From a candidate division WOR-3 bacterium (GTDB lineage Bacteria > Hydrothermota > Tepidihabitantia > B3-TA06): 25,228 bases of DNA. The stretch covers positions 1 through 25,228 of the forward strand of contig CBFGKC010000022.1 in the NCBI GenBank assembly GCA_965649265.1, given 5' to 3'. Under the pieces are notes generated by a model. The model ran no database searches, was not told the origin of the DNA, and worked only from the letters and a program-made list of their open reading frames with translations. Numbering within the stretch: position 1 is the stretch's first letter; every line of letters starts with the position of its first letter. Shown piece after piece: positions 17,172 to 24,842 of the stretch. A program made the position numbers and the translations under genes.

Positions 17172-18106
17172 CTTAACTCCCTTGCGATTGATTTGCCGTC
17201 AATCTCGGCCTTGGCCGCAAGGACGATCATCCTGCGGCTGTCAATGGAAAACCGCTCGTTATCGGCGGAACCCCAGGCTTTGACGAATCGAAGACCGTAT
17301 CTTGCCATGAGTTCTATCATCTCGTGAAGCGAGTACTGCCGAAGCTGCATTCGTCGTGTCTTCCTCGTGCCGTCAGGGCTCATGAACGTCCATTCGCCGT
17401 GATGGGTCGAGGTCGCGAGGTCGAAGCGGTTGTTCTCGATAACGTAGTACGGTTCCTCGCCGTGCCAGTTTTGCGCGGCGAAGTTCCTTATCGCCCAGTC
17501 GCGATTGTTGAGGTCCAAGAGGAACCTGCCGCCGTTTCTCAGCGCTCCGCCGACCGCGTCCATCACCTTCTCGTTCTCCTCTTCCTTCTCGAAATAGCCG
17601 AAAGAGGTGTGCCACGAGTATATGGCATCCAGATTCCCGTAGCCGGGGATGCGGCGCATGTCGCTCTCCATGAGATCGAGCTTGAGCCCCTCTCGTTCGG
17701 CCTCGCTCGCGGCATGCTCGAGATAATCCCGGCAGAAATCCTGACCGGCGACATGCCTGAATCCCCGCCTGGCCAACTCGAGCGCGTGGCGGCCAATGCC
17801 GCAGCAAAGATCGAGAATCTGCTCCTCAGGCTTCAAATCGAGTGCCTCTATGATGAAGCTGGCCTCTCTCGAGGTCTGCTCCGCCGTATGCGCGTCGAAG
17901 CTCGCACGTTTCCAGTCTTCATCAAAGAAGGTCTCCCACCACTCTTTATCCCCGTGAAAATGAGTATCATTTTCACGGGGGCCCCGGGTAGTTTCCCCAC
18001 GGAGCTTTCTTGCATCTCCACGGGCGTCCTGGAATGACCCCCCGTGAGTCTGCGCCGCGCTCTTTTGGTGCTTCGGATCAATATTGTTATCGTTTTTCAT
18101 CTTCAT
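17168..18106 (-). CDS. Class I SAM-dependent methyltransferase (no. 2) with N-terminal extension
   Basis: WWETFFD, ILDLCCGIGRH, DMRR, HTSFGYF, LRNGGRF; start MKMK at 18106 after GGAG. Confidence 0.9.
   Translation of the reverse strand: MKMKNDNNIDPKHQKSAAQTHGGSFQDARGDARKLRGETTRGPRENDTHFHGDKEWWETFFDEDWKRASFDAHTAEQTSREASFIIEALDLKPEEQILDLCCGIGRHALELARRGFRHVAGQDFCRDYLEHAASEAEREGLKLDLMESDMRRIPGYGNLDAIYSWHTSFGYFEKEEENEKVMDAVGGALRNGGRFLLDLNNRDWAIRNFAAQNWHGEEPYYVIENNRFDLATSTHHGEWTFMSPDGTRKTRRMQLRQYSLHEMIELMARYGLRFVKAWGSADNERFSIDSRRMIVLAAKAEIDGKSIARELR
17947..18031. repeat. Two tandem copies of the 40-bp palindromic element (E4 17947-17986; E3 17992-18031, degenerate)
   Basis: E4 is ccccgtgaaaatga-gta-tcattttcacgggg-gccccg, a perfect 14-bp stem; period 45 nt. 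Confidence 0.75.
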
Positions 18107-18290
18107 CGTAAAATCTCCATTGTAACACTTTACCCCACACGATAAGGTGCGCGTCTCGCGCGGGTACCCCCAAGGTACCGTCACCCATCGGCGGAAACCT
18201 TTGGATTACGGCACCTCAGGGGAATCGTGCTTTGTGTTGTTTACAGTCCGGATTGTTTTCTACGTCGCTGATGTCCGATTCTTCCATATA

Positions 18291-19160
18291 TTATCCCTTT
18301 ACTGCCAGGAGCTTCTGCCTGGAATGGTTAAGAGTCAAAGGTTCCATATCCAGGGTGCCCCAGGCTTCCTTCAATTCGAGTCCTGCACGCTCGAACATCG
18401 CCCGAAGCTCGTGCAGCGAGTACATGCGAAGGCTCAACTCGCGTTTCGTCGTGTTTTGCTTCATGAAGTACGTCCACGTGCAGTTGTTGCGCGACGTCCG
18501 CAAATCGAGTTCGCGCTCCTCGAGGATATACTCTCCCGCGTACTCCGACCAGCCGTGCGCCTGGAAGTTGCGAACTATCCAGTCGCGGTGAACGACGTCA
18601 AGAAGGAACCTTCCGCCCGGCTTCAGAACGCGCGAGACTTCCCTGACGACCCGCTCGTTATCCCGCTCGTCCTCGAAGTAGCCGAACGAGGTGTAGTAGT
18701 TATAGACGGCGTCGAAGCTCTCGTCCGCGAAGGGCAGGTCCTTCATGTCGCCCTGGACGAAGTCCACCTTCAAGTTCTCGTCAGTTGCCTGAAGGATTGC
18801 TTGTTTCAGGTAGGCCTGGGTGAAGTCGAGGCCGGTGACATGCTTGAATTCTCGCCTTGCCAGCTCGAGCGAGTGGCGGCCGACCCCGCACGCGAGGTCG
18901 AGAACCTTGTTACCGGGCTGCAGTTCGAGCGCTTTGACGAGGAAGTCCGTCTCCTTTGCGGTTTCCTCTTTCGCTATAGAATCGAAGCCCAGGTGCTTCC
19001 AGTTATCGTCAAAGAATTCTTTCCACCAAAAAAACACTTCGCGTTTTCCCGGTGAATCTTTTACCCCACGAACCTGCCTAGCATCTTCGTGGGGACCCCG
19101 ACTTCTGCCATTGAGGGACGGAGGGGGTGTCTTTGAGCCTTGGGAGTTTTTATCAGTCAT
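18291..19160 (-). CDS. Class I SAM-dependent methyltransferase (no. 1) with N-terminal extension
   Basis: WWKEFFD, VLDLACGVGRH, GDMK, YTSFGYF, LKPGGRF; strong AGGAGGT SD. Confidence 0.92.
   Translation of the reverse strand: MTDKNSQGSKTPPPSLNGRSRGPHEDARQVRGVKDSPGKREVFFWWKEFFDDNWKHLGFDSIAKEETAKETDFLVKALELQPGNKVLDLACGVGRHSLELARREFKHVTGLDFTQAYLKQAILQATDENLKVDFVQGDMKDLPFADESFDAVYNYYTSFGYFEDERDNERVVREVSRVLKPGGRFLLDVVHRDWIVRNFQAHGWSEYAGEYILEERELDLRTSRNNCTWTYFMKQNTTKRELSLRMYSLHELRAMFERAGLELKEAWGTLDMEPLTLNHSRQKLLAVKG
19061..19100. repeat. 40-bp palindromic element, copy E1 (inside the CDS)
   Basis: tta-ccccacgaa-cc-tgc-cta-gca-tc-ttcgtgggg-accccg. Confidence 0.85.
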
Positions 19161-19232
19161 TTGACCTCCTTTTTGAATAGCTTCCAGCTATGTTTGTTAT
19201 TCCCAATGAAATGCTTTGCATTTTATTGGGGT

Positions 19233-19267
19233 AAAAAAATTGCCCCGCCGGTTTCGCCGGCGGGGCA
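19233..19267 (-). terminator. Intrinsic terminator inside the 5' leader of the methyltransferase operon
   Basis: 11-bp stem tgccccgccgg/ccggcggggca followed by ATTTTTTT on the minus strand. Confidence 0.88.
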
Positions 19268-19286
19268 GGAATCTCGCACCTTATCG

Positions 19287-19406
19287 CTAAGGCATAGAAA
19301 CCTGACCCGCCCACGAGATGGCTACGAAAACCATCGTATTAAGGGAGGGCACAAGGCAATAGCCGTCAAGACACATTGCTTTCTTGGTCAGGTTAAAATT
19401 ACTCAC
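19287..19406 (-). CDS. Putative leaderless leader peptide, 39 aa: MSNFNLTKKAMCLDGYCLVPSLNTMVFVAISWAGQVSMP
   Basis: GTG exactly 6 nt after the -10 box, as for the other leaderless genes; stop about 20 nt before the terminator; spans the antiterminator strand. Confidence 0.55.
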   Translation of the reverse strand: MSNFNLTKKAMCLDGYCLVPSLNTMVFVAISWAGQVSMP

Positions 19407-19412
19407 AATATA

Positions 19413-19440
19413 AGTATACTCAAAGAAGCGGCAATGTCAA
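19413..19440 (-). promoter_or_regulatory. Promoter of the methyltransferase operon
   Basis: TTGACA-N16-TATACT. Confidence 0.75.
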
Positions 19441-19456
19441 TAAAAAAACCGCGTTC

Positions 19457-19484
19457 TTGACTTTTTCGAATACCGCGATAGCAT
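19457..19484 (+). promoter_or_regulatory. Promoter of the NSS transporter
   Basis: TTGACT-N16-TAGCAT; AAGGAGG SD downstream. Confidence 0.65.
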
Positions 19485-19520
19485 TTAGCCGGAAATAGGC
19501 TGAACCTTAAGGAGGAATTG

Positions 19521-21395
19521 GTGGAAAAACATACGTCGTGGGACAGCAGAGCGGCTTTCATTCTTGCCGCGATAGGGTCGGCTATCGGTCTGGGCAACGT
19601 CTGGCGTTTCCCTTACATTGCCTACAAGTTCGGCGGAGGTGCATTTCTTATTCCTTACCTGGTGGCTCTTGCGACGGCCGGAATCCCGCTCCTTATCCTC
19701 GAGTTTTCACTCGGACACAAGATGCGGGCCTCGGCGCCCTTTTCGTTCTCGAAGGTCAAAAAGAACACCGAGTGGCTGGGCTGGTTTGCCCTTCTCGTCG
19801 GCTTCATCATCGTGACCTATTACGCGGTGGTCATGGCCTGGTCAGGCAGATATCTCATATCCTCCTTCACGCTCGAATGGGGCAACACCCTAAAGGCGGT
19901 AGAGAGCTTCTTCTTCACCAAGATTCTGGGCATCACTAAAGGCCCATTCGAGCTGGGCAAGATAATGTGGCCCCTTCTGGGCCTTCTCGTGCTCATGTGG
20001 GGGTGGGTAATCGCCTCGATATGGAAGGGGGCGAAGACGGTCTCGAAGGTCGTCTGGGTCACCGTGATCGCGCCTTGGGTCATACTCATCATTTTTCTCG
20101 TAAGGGGAGTGACACTGCCCGGTGCCGAGGAGGGGCTCAAGTATTTCCTGACGCCGAATATCGAAGCGCTCAAGGACCCGGCGGTGTGGCATGCGGCCTA
20201 CAGCCAGGTATTTTATTCCCTGACTATAGGCTTCGGCGTCATGATAACGTACGCATCTTTTCTGCCGCGCAAGACGGACATAATAAACAACGCGATAATA
20301 ATAGGTCTCGCCGACGCGGGCACCGCGTTCGCCGGTGGAATGGTCGTCTTCTCCACCCTGGGTTACTACGCGCAGGCGACCGGTCAGAAGGTTGCCGACG
20401 TCGTCGCCTCGGGGCCGGGTCTTGCCTTCGTGACCTACCCGATGATCATCAACAAGCTTCCTCTTGCACCGGTGTTCGGGGTTCTCTTCTTCATTATGCT
20501 TCTGACCCTTGCGATAGACTCGGCCTTCTCCCTCGTCGAGGGAGCGGCGGCGGGGCTTCTCGACCGTTTCAAGTGGAAACGCTACCCTACGCTCGTTGCG
20601 ATGGCGGTTTCGGCTTTGATCATCGGCGTCATCTACATCACAGGCGGCGGCCTTTACTGGCTCGATATCGTCGACCACTTCATGAACAACTTCGGGCTTT
20701 TCGCGGTCGTTCTCGCCGAATGCGTCGTGGTAGGCTGGATGTGGCGGTCCCGGTTTCTCAGGAGCCATTCCAACCTTCGTTCCGAGGTGAAGGTCGGCGT
20801 GTGGTGGGAGGGCATGATTCAATGGGTCATCCCGGCGATCATTCTCTTCATCCTTTCATTCACCGTCATCGATCACATCAAGGCACCTTACGGCGGCAAC
20901 TATCTCGCCGAGTTCATCGGAGGCTGGCTCATTGTAGGGCTGCTCGCCGAGATTGCCGTCATCATGTCCCGCATAGAGTGGCGAAAGAAGATTGCGGGAA
21001 TGCTGGTTCCGCCGATACTCATCGCTGCGTTCTACGGCCTGCGTTTCGGCTGGATGCAGTCCCACTTCGAGCCCGGGCAGTTGTCCGGCATCCAGACGCA
21101 CCTGTTTCTCGCCCTGTGGTGGATAGGCGTCGCCGTGCTTGTCGAGGCAGCGCTCTTCCTGACGAGGATGAAGCCATCGAGAAAACTCGCCGCAATGCTC
21201 GTGCCTCCGGGTCTCGTGGGCGCGTTCTACCTCGTTTCATGGGCGTGGAGGGCGAACAAGCCGCAGATAGTCATCCTCATATTCACGTGCCTGGTTCTCT
21301 ACGGCGGCATCGTGCTTGCGCTCTGGCGCTCGGCGTGGTTTGTGAAAAAAGTCAGGCGGGGCGAGATAGTCCTGCCCGAAGAAAAGGAAGATTAA
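19521..21395 (+). CDS. Sodium-dependent transporter, neurotransmitter:sodium symporter (NSS/SNF) family, with extended C-terminus
   Basis: GSAIGLGNVWRFPY, GGGAFLIPY, YSQVFYSL, GPGLAFV, LAIDSAFS; GTG 19521 is better spaced from the SD than TTG 19518. Confidence 0.95.
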   Translation: MEKHTSWDSRAAFILAAIGSAIGLGNVWRFPYIAYKFGGGAFLIPYLVALATAGIPLLILEFSLGHKMRASAPFSFSKVKKNTEWLGWFALLVGFIIVTYYAVVMAWSGRYLISSFTLEWGNTLKAVESFFFTKILGITKGPFELGKIMWPLLGLLVLMWGWVIASIWKGAKTVSKVVWVTVIAPWVILIIFLVRGVTLPGAEEGLKYFLTPNIEALKDPAVWHAAYSQVFYSLTIGFGVMITYASFLPRKTDIINNAIIIGLADAGTAFAGGMVVFSTLGYYAQATGQKVADVVASGPGLAFVTYPMIINKLPLAPVFGVLFFIMLLTLAIDSAFSLVEGAAAGLLDRFKWKRYPTLVAMAVSALIIGVIYITGGGLYWLDIVDHFMNNFGLFAVVLAECVVVGWMWRSRFLRSHSNLRSEVKVGVWWEGMIQWVIPAIILFILSFTVIDHIKAPYGGNYLAEFIGGWLIVGLLAEIAVIMSRIEWRKKIAGMLVPPILIAAFYGLRFGWMQSHFEPGQLSGIQTHLFLALWWIGVAVLVEAALFLTRMKPSRKLAAMLVPPGLVGAFYLVSWAWRANKPQIVILIFTCLVLYGGIVLALWRSAWFVKKVRRGEIVLPEEKED

Positions 21396-21424
21396 CATTA
21401 AAAATACATCCGCAGGAGTAGTAT

Positions 21425-23158
21425 ATGTCGCATGAATCACCCTTCGTCTTTCTCCGGTTGAAAAGGGGAAATCTCGATAACGAGCAGCTCGAGAGGGCGG
21501 ATGCCTTCCTCAGAAAATATCCGAAGCTCAAGAAGAAGAGGATAGAAGGCTCCTGGCAAGGTGTCATTTACTCCGCCGGAGACTCGACGCTGGTTGAATC
21601 GAACGGCGTTATAAGCTACTGGGCGCAAGAAGGTTCCGGCATAAGGCCGAACAACGATGGGTATCGCTTCTCCCTTAATCGTCTTGCCCGCTACGAGGGA
21701 TTCTGGGTCGCGCTACAGATAGATCCCCAAAGCGCCACAGTCAAGCTTGCTCGCGACAGGCTGGCCGGGATGCCGCTTTACTCATACAGGGACGCGGAGA
21801 ACTTCATCCTCTCATCCGACATCAAGGCCATCCGCGACGCGCTTCCGGGCCGCTTCCCCATCTCCTACTCGCGCGTGGCCGGGTTCCTTTCATCCCTCCT
21901 CCCCCCCTATTACGGGCCCCAGACCCTTTTCGAGGGCATATCGCGGCCGGAATCCTGCAAGCTCCACACTTACGATCTGGACAAGGGCACGGTTGAATCC
22001 GTGACCTATCTCGAGCCTTTCATCCAGTCTCCGCTATGGGTGCCGCCGTCCGATGAAAACTTCAAGCTCTGGACCTCGAGGCTGCGCGAACTCCTTCGGA
22101 AAACGCTCCTCTCGAACCTCGGCGGGGTCAAGAACCTCGCCTTCGAGCTCTCGGGAGGAGTGGACTCGTCCGTCATGGCGGTTGAGCTTGCGCGCTCGGG
22201 AATGAGCTTCCGAACGACAAGCGTCACCTATCCCGAATGCAAGGGGCGCGATCCCGATGAATCGCCGCGTGCGGCGCTGACCGCAAAGAGACTGGGCCTC
22301 AAACTGCACTGGGTCGAGGTCCTCGGCAAGGACATAATCGGTCACAACGACAAATTGTCCCTCGCCTACTCGGAGCCAATTTCGGATCCGAGCCTTCTCG
22401 TCGCCTACGAGCAGGAGAGGGTCATCCGCAGCCTGGGTCACACATCGGTCGTATCCGGGCAGGACGGCGACACGCTCTTCGGCGGGCTTGCGTCGCTCTG
22501 GATGGGTTCGATCCTCTTGCAGAATCCTGCACAGGGTCTCGCGCTCTGGCGCAAATGGCGCTCGATGATACCGTTCTCCGCGCTTGCAAGTGCGGCGTTC
22601 ATATTCCTATCGCCCGTGACCCGCAAATTCGTCGAAAATTCGAGAAAAAGGATGCGTTCGAGCGCGCCATGGCTGAAGATATCGCCGCAGATACCGCACT
22701 GGTACGCCACGGACGGCGCGAACTACATCATTTACAAGAAACAGCACGAAATAGAGGAAGTCTTAAGCCTCCTCTTCCGATGGGTTCTCGAGCGGGCAGG
22801 AGTGCTTGGTCTCGATCACTATCTGCCGTACATCAACCTGGACATGACCGATCTCATGGACTCGGTGCCCGCATCCCTAATTATCCATGACGGCTACAAT
22901 AAGTATCTTACGCGTCTTGCATACTCCGACGAACTCCCAAAAGAAGTCATCTGGTACCGGGGAAAGCTGGGTTTCGTGGTGCCTCTCGAGATTTGGGTCA
23001 ACGGCCCGTTCAAGAAGGAAATTGAGGAATGCGTTTTCAGCTCCTCAAAGCTCGCGGAAATAGTTGATCTTGCGTGGCTCAAGACCCATTTCGACGAACT
23101 CAAGCCCATGCTGCGCTGGCGGTTATACTCGACGGCAAGATTCTTCGACCTGTTCTAA
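21425..23158 (+). CDS. Asparagine synthetase-like ATP-dependent amide ligase lacking the catalytic N-terminal Cys
   Basis: LARDRLAGMPLY, LSGGVDSS, SGQDGDTLFGG, KLGFVVPL; N-terminus MSHES instead of MCGI; AGGAG SD. Confidence 0.85.
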   Translation: MSHESPFVFLRLKRGNLDNEQLERADAFLRKYPKLKKKRIEGSWQGVIYSAGDSTLVESNGVISYWAQEGSGIRPNNDGYRFSLNRLARYEGFWVALQIDPQSATVKLARDRLAGMPLYSYRDAENFILSSDIKAIRDALPGRFPISYSRVAGFLSSLLPPYYGPQTLFEGISRPESCKLHTYDLDKGTVESVTYLEPFIQSPLWVPPSDENFKLWTSRLRELLRKTLLSNLGGVKNLAFELSGGVDSSVMAVELARSGMSFRTTSVTYPECKGRDPDESPRAALTAKRLGLKLHWVEVLGKDIIGHNDKLSLAYSEPISDPSLLVAYEQERVIRSLGHTSVVSGQDGDTLFGGLASLWMGSILLQNPAQGLALWRKWRSMIPFSALASAAFIFLSPVTRKFVENSRKRMRSSAPWLKISPQIPHWYATDGANYIIYKKQHEIEEVLSLLFRWVLERAGVLGLDHYLPYINLDMTDLMDSVPASLIIHDGYNKYLTRLAYSDELPKEVIWYRGKLGFVVPLEIWVNGPFKKEIEECVFSSSKLAEIVDLAWLKTHFDELKPMLRWRLYSTARFFDLF

Positions 23159-23206
23159 ACTTCACTCGAGACATCTCTCCTGGTTTTGAGAGCTTGGGTG
23201 GGGTTT

Positions 23207-23234
23207 AAAAAAACCGGGGCTTTGGGGGCCCCGG
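23207..23234 (-). terminator. Intrinsic terminator (strong on minus, possibly bidirectional)
   Basis: ccggggc/gccccgg stem with T7 on the minus strand. Confidence 0.85.
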
Positions 23235-23331
23235 CTCTTTGTGGTCTTTCTAGGGTCGGATGGTTAGGAAGTGCGTGTGTCCTCTGCATCAATCCGGGGA
23301 ATCATCCTCCGGATTAACTTAAGTCTCACTA
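23207..23331 (-). ncRNA. Candidate ECF-sigma-dependent small RNA (~125 nt)
   Basis: Bounded by an ECF-type promoter and the terminator; internal aatccgg/ccggatt hairpin; no convincing ORF. Confidence 0.45.
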
Positions 23332-23338
23332 CTAACTA

Positions 23339-23365
23339 GACGCAAGAGGTATGAGTTTTGTTTAC
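23339..23365 (-). promoter_or_regulatory. ECF-type promoter just downstream of the anti-sigma gene
   Basis: GTAAAC-N17-CGTC, same layout as the promoter at 24669-24695. Confidence 0.65.
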
Positions 23366-23369
23366 TGAT

Positions 23370-24086
23370 TCACGGGAGTCTTTTGGGTAATTTCAGGATG
23401 TCCTGCTTGACCTTTACGACATGTCCGTCATCCAGACTTTCCGCAAGATTGACAAAGTACGGATAAGTGGAACCCTTCTGTGAGTTAAACTCAAGCTCGT
23501 ATTTCTTGTACAAGTCTTGCCGAGCCTTATCATCAAGGGGCACGAGAATGTATTCCGATGTGGATACCTGCGGATTTGATTTATAATTGGCGTTTTGGAC
23601 TAAACTTGTGGTAAAAGGGGTTTCTACAACAACGTTTTGGGTATCGGATGTGGATTTTGCGTGACCGGAATTCTCCTCGCCGAAAGAGGTTGCATTGGCA
23701 AGTCCTACGGGTGGGCCGATAAACTCTTCGGATACTCTGATTGCGGTTTCGGTTGGTTTTTCAATCGGGCGCACGGTGTGTGGAAGTATGATAAACAATG
23801 CAACAGCTGAAGTTAATGCCATGCCCAGGACTGCTCCTCGCCATATTCCTTTAAGGTTCGCTCTGGTTTCTCTCGAGATTCGTTCCTTTACGCCTGTGAG
23901 AAGGCCGGGAGGGACCTCGACAGGGATCAGGGTTTCGGCTATTTTCTTGATTTCCCTCAAGCATGCAAGGGACTCTCTGCATTTTTTGCAATTCTTCAAG
24001 TGACTTTCCAAAGACTTCTTATCACCATCGCCCAGATCTCCATCAGCGTAGCGGGATAAAAGAATTTCAGACGGGTGTCGGTTCAT
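23370..24086 (-). CDS. Zinc-binding (ZAS/zf-HC2) transmembrane anti-sigma factor
   Basis: LLSRYADGDL...HLKNCKKC (HxxxCxxC), one TM helix (AVLGMALTSAVALFIIL); overlaps the sigma gene by 20 nt. Confidence 0.9.
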   Translation of the reverse strand: MNRHPSEILLSRYADGDLGDGDKKSLESHLKNCKKCRESLACLREIKKIAETLIPVEVPPGLLTGVKERISRETRANLKGIWRGAVLGMALTSAVALFIILPHTVRPIEKPTETAIRVSEEFIGPPVGLANATSFGEENSGHAKSTSDTQNVVVETPFTTSLVQNANYKSNPQVSTSEYILVPLDDKARQDLYKKYELEFNSQKGSTYPYFVNLAESLDDGHVVKVKQDILKLPKRLP

Positions 24087-24660
24087 CTAACCTCCAGATA
24101 TCTTTTAACTTCTTGCGTAGTGCCATGCGAGAACGGTGAAGGAGCGATTTTGAGGAGCCGGGCGTTATCTTCAGTATCTTCGATATCTCTTCGTGACAAA
24201 AGCCCTGGATATCGTGCAGGACGAAAACGCCGCGGTAGCTCGGCGGAAGCGTTTCGACCGCAAGCTCGAGAGCGATGCGGGTGTCGTGATCCTTCTGCGG
24301 CGCGTGCGTCCACGCAGAGGCGTGAACGGATTCCTCAAGTTCCACGGTCGGGAGCTTTTTGCGGCGCGAGCGGTCTATGCAGTGGTTCATGGTTATTCGG
24401 TACACCCAGGTCGAAAGCTTTGAGCGGCCCGCGAACTTCGAGAGGTTCTTATAGACCTTCACAAAGACCTCCTGGGTCGCGTCCTGCGCGTCGGACCGGT
24501 TGTTAAGCATCCGGTAGCAAAGATTGTAAACCATCGGCGCGTGCTCCTTGTAAATGCGCTCAAGCTCCTTTTCGCGTTCTCTATCCCTCGTTTTATCACT
24601 AACTTCTCTATCAACCCCTTGTTCCGTTAAAGAAAGGCTTAATCCTTCGCTAGCCATCAT
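24067..24660 (-). CDS. ECF sigma-70 factor (RpoE/SigW-like)
   Basis: Region 2 DAQDATQEVFVKVY...LSTWVYRITMN; region 4 LPPSYR...HEEISKIL...SKSLLHRSR; start placed from the ECF promoter position. Confidence 0.93.
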   Translation of the reverse strand: MMASEGLSLSLTEQGVDREVSDKTRDREREKELERIYKEHAPMVYNLCYRMLNNRSDAQDATQEVFVKVYKNLSKFAGRSKLSTWVYRITMNHCIDRSRRKKLPTVELEESVHASAWTHAPQKDHDTRIALELAVETLPPSYRGVFVLHDIQGFCHEEISKILKITPGSSKSLLHRSRMALRKKLKDIWRLDEPTPV

Positions 24661-24668
24661 ATCTTTTT

Positions 24669-24695
24669 GACGCAGGGGTTTATTGAAAGGTTTGC
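24669..24695 (-). promoter_or_regulatory. Autoregulatory ECF promoter, probably leaderless
   Basis: GCAAAC-N17-CGTC-N8-ATG; AAC/CGT are the common ECF -35/-10 cores. Confidence 0.7.
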
Positions 24696-24842
24696 TCAAG
24701 AGCTTCTTGCCGAACGGGTCGCTCACGAGGTTAATATAGTCAGAATTTCGGCAAACGCAAGTATGCACCCAAAGGAAACGCGGAGCCCCGGAGGACGAAC
24801 GGAGGGAGCCATTTCGCGGGCCAAAAGGAAGTCAGGATTAAC

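Noticed and set aside
17324-19055. 237-aa and 302-aa plus-strand ORFs
   Set aside because: Antisense shadows of the methyltransferases
17947-19160. Borosin-like self-methylated peptide tails
   Set aside because: The enzymes are class I Rossmann methyltransferases, and the motif conserves base pairing rather than amino acids and also occurs intergenically
19265-19400. SAM-I riboswitch (AAGGTGCGAGATTCC resembles part of it)
   Set aside because: No AUC/GAU P1, GAGGGA or GCAACC elements
19967-21421. 484-aa alternative-frame ORF (and 19890-20822 antisense)
   Set aside because: Arg-rich artefacts overlapping the NSS gene in GC-rich codons
21425-23158. Lasso peptide cluster
   Set aside because: No precursor, RRE or transglutaminase-like peptidase in the window
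23264-23305. 13-aa ORF MIPRIDAEDTRTS inside the candidate sRNA
   Set aside because: GGAGG directly abuts the ATG and both lie in a hairpin; not supportable
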